Below, piece after piece: positions 9,570 to 21,090 of a stretch of DNA of 21,090 nt. The stretch is from NCBI GenBank assembly GCA_001784175.1, contig MFPR01000011.1, forward strand, positions 62,001 through 83,090, in the 5' to 3' direction. Source of the stretch: Candidatus Lindowbacteria bacterium RIFCSPLOWO2_12_FULL_62_27. Lineage in GTDB: Bacteria > Lindowbacteria > 2-12-FULL-62-27. The notes beneath the pieces are model-generated. The model was not told where the DNA came from, did not search any database, and saw only the letters and a program-made list of their open reading frames with translations. The first letter of the stretch is position 1. Every line of letters starts with the position of its first letter. The translations under genes were made by a program, and so were the position numbers.

Positions 9570-11065
9570 CGCCGAACGCAGATGCGCCATTTTTTTTGCA
9601 GAGCCGCCGCCCGCGCCCTCGAGAGCCTCGGCCGGAAAACGGTCGTGCCGGAAAGGCCGGCCGGGTCAGCGCTTCCGGCGCTCCACATCGACGCGCCGAT
9701 CCCGGCGAGCCGCGCGGCGCCCCACGATGTCAGTTCCGCCATGCGGGGCCGGACCACGGGAAGCCCCAAAAGGTCCGCTTGGAATTGCATGAGAAAATTG
9801 TTCCGCGTGGCGCCGCCGTCCACACGCAGTTCCCGGATGCGGATCGACGGTTTTCGCGTCGAACAGATCGACCGCATGAGGTCAAACACGTCGCACGTTT
9901 GATACGCAATCGATTCCAGCGTGGCGCGGATCAGGTGCGCGCGCGTCGCGCCGCGCGTCAGGCCGAAAATCGCGCCGCGCGCGTCCGGCCGCCAGTGCGG
10001 CGCGCCGAGGCCCGTGAAGGCCGGCACCACCACTACGCCGGCGCTGTCCGGAACGCTCCGCGCCCACCGCTCGCTCTCGGCGGAACTTCGGATGATCTCG
10101 ATCCCGTCCCGAAGCCACTGGACCGCGGCGCCCGCAATGAACACCGAGCCTTCGAGCGCGTAGGCCGGGCCGCCGGCGCTGTCACAGGCCAGCGTGGTCA
10201 ACAGGCCCTCGCCCGACAAGACGAAGCGGTCCCCGGTATGCAGCATCAGAAAACAGCCGGTGCCGTACGTGTTCTTCATCCCGCCCGCGCGCGTCGCGCC
10301 CTGCCCGAACAGCGCCGCCTGCTGATCGCCGGCCATTCCCGTGATCGGAATCCCGCCGGGAAGGCCGGCCGCTCCGCGCGTGACGCCGAATCGCCCGGCG
10401 GAGGGCCGCACAGCGGGAAGGTGGAGCGCGGCGGGAACGCCGAGGAGATCCAGAAGCTCCGGGTCCCACGCGCGCTTGCGGATGTTGAACATCAGGGTCC
10501 GCGACGCGTTCGTGAAGTCGGTGGCGTGCGTGCCGCCGGTAAGATGCCACAGGAGCCACGCGTCGATGGTTCCAAAACAAACGTCGCCTATTTTGACGCG
10601 CGCCCGCAGTCCCGCCACGTGGTCCATCATCCATCGGACTTTCGTGCCCGAAAAATATGGATCCAGCACAAGACCGGTCCGCGCGCGCGCCGCGCGCTCC
10701 AGGCCGCGCCCGCGAAGGTCCGCGCAGATTTCGGCCGACCGCCGGCATTGCCACACGATCGCGCGCGACCCTGCCACCGGCCGGCCGGTGCGCCGGTCCC
10801 AGAGAACGAAGGTCTCGCGCTGATTGGTGATCCCGATCGCGCCGATGCGTTTCCAGAGCCCGCGGCGGTCCACGGCCTCCTCGACCACGCGAAACACACT
10901 GCGCAAAATCTCCATCGGATCGTGCTCGACCCAGCCGGGTCTTGGATAATACTGGGTGAACTCGCGGTAGGCGCTCGACACCACCCGGCCGTCTTCGGAA
11001 AAAACAAACGCCCGGCTGCCGGTCGTGCCCTGGTCGATGCTCAAAACGAGGGATCGTCCGCTCAT
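9560..11065 (-). CDS. glpK: Glycerol kinase
   Basis: IDQGTTGSRA, GITNQRET, AIVWQCRR, DPYFSGTK, TDFTNASRT, GDQQAALFGQ, KNTYGTGCF, YALEGSVFIAGAAVQWLRD and LRVDGG. Confidence 0.97.
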   Translation of the reverse strand: MSGRSLVLSIDQGTTGSRAFVFSEDGRVVSSAYREFTQYYPRPGWVEHDPMEILRSVFRVVEEAVDRRGLWKRIGAIGITNQRETFVLWDRRTGRPVAGSRAIVWQCRRSAEICADLRGRGLERAARARTGLVLDPYFSGTKVRWMMDHVAGLRARVKIGDVCFGTIDAWLLWHLTGGTHATDFTNASRTLMFNIRKRAWDPELLDLLGVPAALHLPAVRPSAGRFGVTRGAAGLPGGIPITGMAGDQQAALFGQGATRAGGMKNTYGTGCFLMLHTGDRFVLSGEGLLTTLACDSAGGPAYALEGSVFIAGAAVQWLRDGIEIIRSSAESERWARSVPDSAGVVVVPAFTGLGAPHWRPDARGAIFGLTRGATRAHLIRATLESIAYQTCDVFDLMRSICSTRKPSIRIRELRVDGGATRNNFLMQFQADLLGLPVVRPRMAELTSWGAARLAGIGASMWSAGSADPAGLSGTTVFRPRLSRARAAALQKKWRICVRRVV

Positions 11066-11095
11066 ATGGATTCGCCGCCGCTCCGGGTGATGTTC

Positions 11096-11147
11096 AAAGT
11101 GATATCATGATATCATGATAGCTATCATGATATCATGATATCACTTT
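11096..11147. repeat. Perfect 52-bp spacerless palindrome built from TGATATCA units
   Basis: AAAGTGATATCATGATATCATGATAG|CTATCATGATATCATGATATCACTTT; the two 26-nt arms are exact reverse complements. It overlaps the gltX stop and fills most of the gltX-glpK gap. Confidence 0.95.
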
Positions 11148-12607
11148 TGGGTCGCGAGGGCTTCCTGCGCGGCGTCGATCCTGAGCAGCGTTTCGGTCCG
11201 GCCCAGGAGCGCGGCCGACTGGAAAATCGGCGGCGAAACGGACTTGCCGGTCAGCATGACCCGGATGGCCTGGCCGACCTCCTTGAACTTGAGGCCGCCG
11301 CGCTCGGAAAAGTCCCGGAAAAATATCTCCATTGACTCGCCTTCAAAATCGGCCAGCGCCTCGAATTCCCGCCGGATCTTTTCGACCAGGTCCTTCCGGC
11401 CTTCCAGAAATTTCTTGAACGCCTGCTCGTCGTACGTTTTCGGGCGTACCCAGAAAAACCGGACATAGTCCGCGATCTCGGCCAGCGTGTCGCCGCGCTC
11501 GCCGTTTACTTTCAGCATCGCGCTCAGGTCCGCCGTCGACGGCGGAGTCTCGCCGCGCCGCGTCAGATAATCGGCCAGGAGCCGCGCCCGCGCTTCCGGC
11601 GGCCCGCCGTGGACGTGCTTGCCGTTGAGGAAGCGAAGCTTCGTCAGATCAAACACGGCGGCGGCGGTGCCGACGCGGTCCAGCGAAAACGCGCGGATGA
11701 GTTCGTCGCGGCCAAGGATTTCCCTGCCCTCTGGATGGCTCCAGCCGAGCAGCGCCAGAAAGTTCAGGACCGCGTCCGGCAAAAAACCGGCCTCCCGGTA
11801 CTCGAGCACGTTCTCCGCGCCCTCCCGTTTCGACAGGCGCTTGCGGTCGGACCCCAGAATCAGCGGGATGTGGACGTAGGTCGGGAGTTTCTCGCCGAGG
11901 GCCTGATAGATCACGATCTGTTTCGGCGTGTTGTCGAGGTGGTCGTCCCCGCGGATGACGTGCGTCACGCCGGCGGCGATGTCGTCGCAGACGACCGCGA
12001 GATGATAGAGCGGCCGGCCGTCGCCTTTCATCACAATGATGTCGTCCAGATCCTCCTCACGCAGCGTGATCGTCCCGTGCAGAAGGTCCTGATAGGTGAT
12101 CCCGCCGGCCGGCGTCGGAGACGCCGGCACTTGGGGCGCCGGAGGCGCTGATCCGGCCGGTTTGATCACGCGCACCACGAACCGCTCGCCGGCCGCCGCC
12201 CGGCGGTCGGATTCGGCATGGTCCAGCCGCCGGCACGTCCTGTCGTACCGGTAGGGCTTCCCCTGCGTCCGCATCGCCACGCGCTTGGCTTCCAGACTCT
12301 CCTCCGTGCAGAAACACCGGTAGGCGGCGCCTTGCTCGAGGAGCCGCTCGGCGGTCTGGCGGTGGATGCCGGCGTTCCGGCTCTGATAAACGATTTCGCC
12401 GTCCCAGTCGAGCCCCAGCCACTTCATCGCGGCGATGATCTGGTCCGCGTATTCAGCCCGCGACCGCTCCCGGTCCGTGTCCTCGATCCTCAGCAAAAAT
12501 TTCCCGCCCTGAGCGCGCGCGAACAGAAAATTGAACAGCGCCGTCCGCGCGCTGCCCACGTGCAAGGTCCCGGTCGGCGACGGCGGAAACCGCGTGATGA
12601 TCGTCAT
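11141..12607 (-). CDS. gltX: Glutamate--tRNA ligase
   Basis: TRFPPSPTG-LHVG (HIGH motif), LLRIEDTD, CFC...YDRTC, HVIRGDDH and KRLSKR (KMSKS motif); anticodon-binding domain present. ATG 12607 overlaps the rpiA stop (ATGA). Confidence 0.96.
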   Translation of the reverse strand: MTIITRFPPSPTGTLHVGSARTALFNFLFARAQGGKFLLRIEDTDRERSRAEYADQIIAAMKWLGLDWDGEIVYQSRNAGIHRQTAERLLEQGAAYRCFCTEESLEAKRVAMRTQGKPYRYDRTCRRLDHAESDRRAAAGERFVVRVIKPAGSAPPAPQVPASPTPAGGITYQDLLHGTITLREEDLDDIIVMKGDGRPLYHLAVVCDDIAAGVTHVIRGDDHLDNTPKQIVIYQALGEKLPTYVHIPLILGSDRKRLSKREGAENVLEYREAGFLPDAVLNFLALLGWSHPEGREILGRDELIRAFSLDRVGTAAAVFDLTKLRFLNGKHVHGGPPEARARLLADYLTRRGETPPSTADLSAMLKVNGERGDTLAEIADYVRFFWVRPKTYDEQAFKKFLEGRKDLVEKIRREFEALADFEGESMEIFFRDFSERGGLKFKEVGQAIRVMLTGKSVSPPIFQSAALLGRTETLLRIDAAQEALATQK

Positions 12608-13296
12608 GATCTTTTCATCGTCCGCACGCCGCCCGCGCCGGCCACGATGACTTCGGTGGCCATCCCTACGAAGATCCCTGTTTCGACGACGCCGACGATT
12701 CGCTTCAGTTCCAGTTCCATCGCATCGGGCCGGCCGATCCCCTCGGGCCAGCGGCAATCCAGAATGAAGTGATGCCCGTCGGTGAGAAACGGTTTGCCGT
12801 CCGCCGTTTTCCGCAGAACGGGGTCGGCCCCCAGTTTCCGGATTTTCCCCGGCAGCACCTCCCAGCCAAACGGCACGACCTCCACCGGGAGCGGCGCCTT
12901 GGTGCCGAGCTTCTTCACGAGCTTGCTCTCGTCAACCACGATGATCAGCCGCCCGGATGCGCCCGCGACGATCTTCTCCCTTAGAAGCGCCCCGCCGAGG
13001 CCCTTGACCAGCGTCAAATCCGGCGATACCTCGTCCGCGCCGTCGACCGTCACGTCCAGCGCCGGGTGCGCCTCAAACGTCGTCAGCGGAATGCCGACTT
13101 GGCGTGCCTGCTCCGCCGTCCGTTCCGAGGTCGGAATCCCCACAATGTTTCGCAGCGAGCCTTCGCGCAGCCGCCGCCCCACGGACTCGACCACAAAATA
13201 CGCGGTCGACCCCGTCCCCAGGCCCACCGCCATCCCATCCCGCAGCCCATCGACCGCCCGTTCGGCCGCCTCCCGCTTGAGTTTGTTGGTGTCCAT
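12604..13296 (-). CDS. rpiA: Ribose-5-phosphate isomerase A
   Basis: GLGTGST, DGADEV, KGLGGALLREK, LPVEV and GVVETGIF. Confidence 0.97.
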   Translation of the reverse strand: MDTNKLKREAAERAVDGLRDGMAVGLGTGSTAYFVVESVGRRLREGSLRNIVGIPTSERTAEQARQVGIPLTTFEAHPALDVTVDGADEVSPDLTLVKGLGGALLREKIVAGASGRLIIVVDESKLVKKLGTKAPLPVEVVPFGWEVLPGKIRKLGADPVLRKTADGKPFLTDGHHFILDCRWPEGIGRPDAMELELKRIVGVVETGIFVGMATEVIVAGAGGVRTMKRS

Positions 13297-13300
13297 GTTT

Positions 13301-13894
13301 CTACAGTTTCGCCGTCATCCGTATGTCCGGCCCCGCCACGCCGCAGGAGGCCATGAGCTTGATCATCTCCTCAAACGTCATGTCCAGCTCGATGAGCGCA
13401 TCGCGCCGAGCCAATACGACGACGCCGAGGTGGAGATGGTTGGACGGGATGAAGACGTTGACCATTTCGGCGTCTCCCATGCGATCCACCTGCTCCTTGA
13501 CCAGAAATCCATACGTGTGCGTGCCGGGCGCCGGATATTCCACCAGCACGGGTTTGCCGAACGTTTTGCGGCCGTCCTCGCCGAACGGCCCCAGAAGCTG
13601 TTTGACGCCGGAATAGATCGTCCGCACCACCGGGATTCGCTCGATGAGAATGTCGGTCCACCGCAGAAAATTCTTTCCGAAAAACGTCCGAGTGGCGAGG
13701 CCCGACAGGTAGATCAGGACCACAAAGAGCAGCAGCCCCAGGCCGGGAATCCGCACCTCCAGCAGTTTGGACAGCGCGTTGCCCAAAATCCCGTCGGTGA
13801 ACCGGAACAGAATCTGCATCACCTTGAACGTCACCACCAGCGGCACCAGCACGACGATGCCGGCAAACAGGGTCTTGCGAAGATGGATCAGCAT
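13301..13894 (-). CDS. DUF502 family membrane protein
   Basis: AGIVVLVPLVVT, IPGLGL, RIPVVRTIYSGVKQL, VLVEYP, VFIPS and EMIKLMASCG. ATG 13894 fits the family N-terminus; the longer ORF from 13987 would run over the rrn promoter. Confidence 0.85.
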   Translation of the reverse strand: MLIHLRKTLFAGIVVLVPLVVTFKVMQILFRFTDGILGNALSKLLEVRIPGLGLLLFVVLIYLSGLATRTFFGKNFLRWTDILIERIPVVRTIYSGVKQLLGPFGEDGRKTFGKPVLVEYPAPGTHTYGFLVKEQVDRMGDAEMVNVFIPSNHLHLGVVVLARRDALIELDMTFEEMIKLMASCGVAGPDIRMTAKL

Positions 13895-13901
13895 CGTCCG
13901 A

Positions 13902-13930
13902 GTTATGACTTGTCCCCGCCGAACATTCAA
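13902..13930 (-). promoter_or_regulatory. Possible promoter for the DUF502-rpiA-gltX run (leaderless geometry)
   Basis: The minus strand reads TTGAAT (13930-13925), 17 nt, CATAAC (13907-13902), 7 nt, ATG 13894. The -10 is imperfect. Confidence 0.4.
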
Positions 13931-13980
13931 GGGAGCGGGCGGCGGCTCGGCGGCGCGGCCAAAAAACCGCCATTTTGTGC

Positions 13981-14009
13981 TTGACATTCGGTTTCCGCGG
14001 TGTCATCAT
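13981..14009 (+). promoter_or_regulatory. rRNA operon promoter
   Basis: Perfect TTGACA (13981-13986), 17-nt spacer ending TG-n, then CATCAT (14004-14009). A/T tracts at 13961-13976 could form an UP element. Confidence 0.7.
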
Positions 14010-14135
14010 CGTGACCCTGCGATAAAGGCGAATACTCTGCACGCGCTAGAGAGTAGTTTGGCGCCCGCAAGCGACAGGTACGGTGTGCTGACGCGCGGAG
14101 GACTTTTTGCCTGTCGCTGATTCGCGGAGTTTGAC

Positions 14136-14148
14136 CGCTCTTTGAAAA
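14136..14148 (+). promoter_or_regulatory. Leader boxA antitermination element
   Basis: CGCTCTTTGAAAA resembles rrn boxA (TGCTCTTTAACA) and lies just before the 16S processing stalk. Confidence 0.75.
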
Positions 14149-14161
14149 GAATATAAGGATA

Positions 14162-15972
<1,811 letters not shown>

Positions 15973-15997
15973 GTCCTTTTTTTCTAAATTTTGATGG

Positions 15998-16070
15998 GGG
16001 GCTGTAGCTCAGCTGGGAGAGCACCTGCTTTGCAAGCAGGGGGTCGCCCGTTCGAATCGGGTCAGCTCCA
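15998..16070 (+). tRNA. tRNA-Ala(TGC)
   Basis: Acceptor stem GGGGCTG/CAGCTCC with G3-U70, anticodon arm CCTGC-TT-TGC-AA-GCAGG and T-loop TTCGAAT. CCA is not encoded. Confidence 0.97.
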
Positions 16071-16082
16071 TGATCCGGTTTC

Positions 16083-16154
16083 GGGCGCATAGCTCAGTGG
16101 CAGAGCACAGTCCTGATAAGGCTGGGGTCGAAGGTTCGATACCTTCTGCGCCCA
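16083..16154 (+). tRNA. tRNA-Ile(GAT)
   Basis: Acceptor stem GGGCGCA/TGCGCCC, anticodon arm CAGTC-CT-GAT-AA-GGCTG and T arm GAAGG-TTCGATA-CCTTC. CCA is not encoded. Confidence 0.96.
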
Positions 16155-16168
16155 TGATCAACAGATAT

Positions 16169-16181
16169 TGTTCTTTGACAA
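16169..16181 (+). promoter_or_regulatory. Spacer boxA
   Basis: TGTTCTTTGACAA immediately before the 23S processing stalk. Confidence 0.75.
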
Positions 16182-16260
16182 CACCATAGTGTGTAAGTCT
16201 CCAAACACGGATGGAAGTTTGGAAGTTTAGAGCCACAGGCAAACGCACTACATGTGCGTT

Positions 16261-19613
<3,353 letters not shown>

Positions 19614-19718
19614 AACCTTTTTTTTCTTTTCGCGACACTTGGCTCGGGTCGCAACCGTGTTTGGGACTTACACACTATGTTTTTTACTCACAGGATAATA
19701 TTGATTTGAACACATGTG

Positions 19719-19837
19719 GCTTGGTGGCCACACCGATCGGGACACACCCGGATCCCATTCCGAACCCGGAAGTTAAGCCGATCAGGGCCGATGGTACTCG
19801 GAGGGCAGCCTCCCGGGAGAGTAGGACGCCGCCAGGC
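19719..19837 (+). rRNA. rrf: 5S ribosomal RNA
   Basis: GCTTGGTGGC...CCCATTCCGAACCCGGAAGTTAAG...GATGGTACT...GGGAGAGTAGGACGCCGCCAGGC; the terminal helix I pairs. Confidence 0.97.
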
Positions 19838-19870
19838 CTTTTTTTATTCTAGGAATGGAGCCAATTTCGC

Positions 19871-20956
19871 ATGCGGTTCGTTTCCGCTCAGATTAGCCTT
19901 CTTGTTTGCTTCTTGAACGTCACGGTTACTTCCACATGGGCCTTCGACTACTTCACAGGGCTAATGGCCATCAAGAAAAGCAAAACCGGAAGCGATTCCA
20001 CGGAGATTTACGTTCTGGGAGGACAGGACCGAAACAATCCTTTCGACACATGCATTCTTCAGACAACTCTTCCCCTGCCTCAGACCGGCAAAAATTTTAA
20101 ATTTCTGACGGGGTATTACAATGACGACCGCTACGCCGACCTGTATGTCATCCAGAAGAGTGGGACGGCATCGAAGAAAACCGAGGTCGGCGTACTGGAT
20201 GGGAAAAGCAATTTTCAGACATGGCTTCTCCGTACGACCACTGCGTTGCCGGAGACGGGAGATAACGTCGAGTTTGGATTGGGACACTACGGACGCCGAA
20301 GCGGTACGGGAATTGACATTGGATTCGACGGCCAATATCCAGATATCTTTATCATCAAGAAAAGCCAGACAGCTTCGAAAAAAACCGAGGTGAGCGTGTT
20401 GGAGGGGGAAAGTAACTTCCAGACATGGATCGTTCGTGATGCGCAGACTCCTTTGCCCGAGACCGGCGACAATTTTGAATTTTTAGTGGGTGGCTACAGG
20501 GCATCCCATCTGGTCGACCCGACATCGGCTCTCTATGCAATCCAAAAGGGTTCCACTGCTTCGAAAACCACCGAAGTAACGGTATTCCAAGGGCGAAATC
20601 CGGGGACATATTCAGATGCCCGGCCCTTTTGGCGCGTTCTTCTTGGTCCAACAAGCACGGCACTGCACGAGACGGGTGATCATTTCACTTTTTTGCTGGG
20701 ATCTTTTTGGCCTCGGGGCCGGTATTACGACAATGCATTCGGAGGGTTGCGTCAGGAGGAACTTCATCAGGATATATACGTCGTAAAAAAAAGCGGCACG
20801 GGGACATATTCGACGGAAGTCCACATTTTGGATCCTGATTTCATCAACCATCTAAATGAATACAAGAAATGGAAACTCCAAAAAGGAACGCCGCTGCCCG
20901 AGACAGGAGACACGTATGACTATGATTTTGGGGTCTTCCGGTTTTCCTGTGGGTAA
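19871..20956 (+). CDS. Probably secreted protein with five tandem ~55-80 aa repeats (FG-GAP/VCBS-like, putative beta-propeller)
   Basis: Signal-peptide-like N-terminus ending STWA and GGAG at 19857-19860. The repeat consensus LYxIxKSxTxSxxTEVxVLxG..(NFQTW)...TxLPETGDNFxFxxG occurs five times. GC is visibly lower than in the upstream CDSs. Confidence 0.8.
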   Translation: MRFVSAQISLLVCFLNVTVTSTWAFDYFTGLMAIKKSKTGSDSTEIYVLGGQDRNNPFDTCILQTTLPLPQTGKNFKFLTGYYNDDRYADLYVIQKSGTASKKTEVGVLDGKSNFQTWLLRTTTALPETGDNVEFGLGHYGRRSGTGIDIGFDGQYPDIFIIKKSQTASKKTEVSVLEGESNFQTWIVRDAQTPLPETGDNFEFLVGGYRASHLVDPTSALYAIQKGSTASKTTEVTVFQGRNPGTYSDARPFWRVLLGPTSTALHETGDHFTFLLGSFWPRGRYYDNAFGGLRQEELHQDIYVVKKSGTGTYSTEVHILDPDFINHLNEYKKWKLQKGTPLPETGDTYDYDFGVFRFSCG

Positions 20957-21090
20957 AAGAGAGGCATTTTATCGGGAGACGCGCCCCCTCTCCCGAGCCC
21001 TCTACCCCACATTCCCCCTTCTCGAATGTCGTCAACGTCATGGATCTGGGATGAACGATGTGAGGACTTTGAGCCGGAGGTATTCGTGAT

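Noticed and set aside
6848-11110. Long plus-strand ORFs (6848-8410, 8441-9514, 9596-11110) and the alternative-frame ORF 7491-9152
   Set aside because: Shadow ORFs overlapping cyaA and glpK, which have clear family motifs. They are Arg/Pro/Gly-rich with no recognisable domains, as expected in high-GC DNA.
11096-11147. Palindrome as a CRISPR repeat, CRP site or classical intrinsic terminator
   Set aside because: There are no spacers or cas genes and it does not fit TGTGA-N6-TCACA. The stem is AT-rich and loopless, with only 3-4 T residues that are mostly part of the stem.
2194-13987. Extended ORF-track starts (2194, 3809, 4729, 12757, 13987)
   Set aside because: The extensions overlap neighbouring genes or promoters and lack family similarity. 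Downstream starts (2257, 4034, 5038, 12607, 13894) fit family N-termini, an SD or translational coupling.
20972-20996. Hairpin TCGGGAGA-N9-TCTCCCGA after the repeat-protein gene
   Set aside because: There is no following U-tract and it is a single copy in the window, which is insufficient to call a terminator or REP element.
20856-21089. 77-aa ORF at the window end
   Set aside because: It overlaps the repeat-protein gene in another frame and has no recognisable features.

Overview
High-GC bacterial chromosomal window whose 16S deviates at several normally conserved positions, so possibly a deep-branching lineage; no phylum can be assigned by eye. Bases 1-5313 (+) carry a secreted SH3-like/cyclophilin PPIase, a MEMO1/AmrB protein with a PqqD-like N-terminus, GTP-dependent PEPCK, a flavin reductase, DUF423 and a small coiled-coil lipoprotein. 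Bases 5332-13894 (-) carry DUF502-rpiA-gltX, then glpK, a class I adenylate cyclase and glpD, with a perfect 52-bp AT-rich palindrome between gltX and glpK. Bases ~13980-19845 (+) are a complete rRNA operon (16S, tRNA-Ala, tRNA-Ile, 23S, 5S). The 23S gene is interrupted after U2604 (E. coli numbering, helix 93 of the peptidyl-transferase centre) by a 340-nt ORF-less group I intron with P1, P10, P3, P4, P7, P8 and P9 all visible. A lower-GC gene for a probably secreted five-repeat protein starts about 33 nt after the 5S gene. Most notable: the L2604 intron, the glpK-cyaA-glpD arrangement with an apparently leaderless cya promoter, and the 52-bp palindrome.
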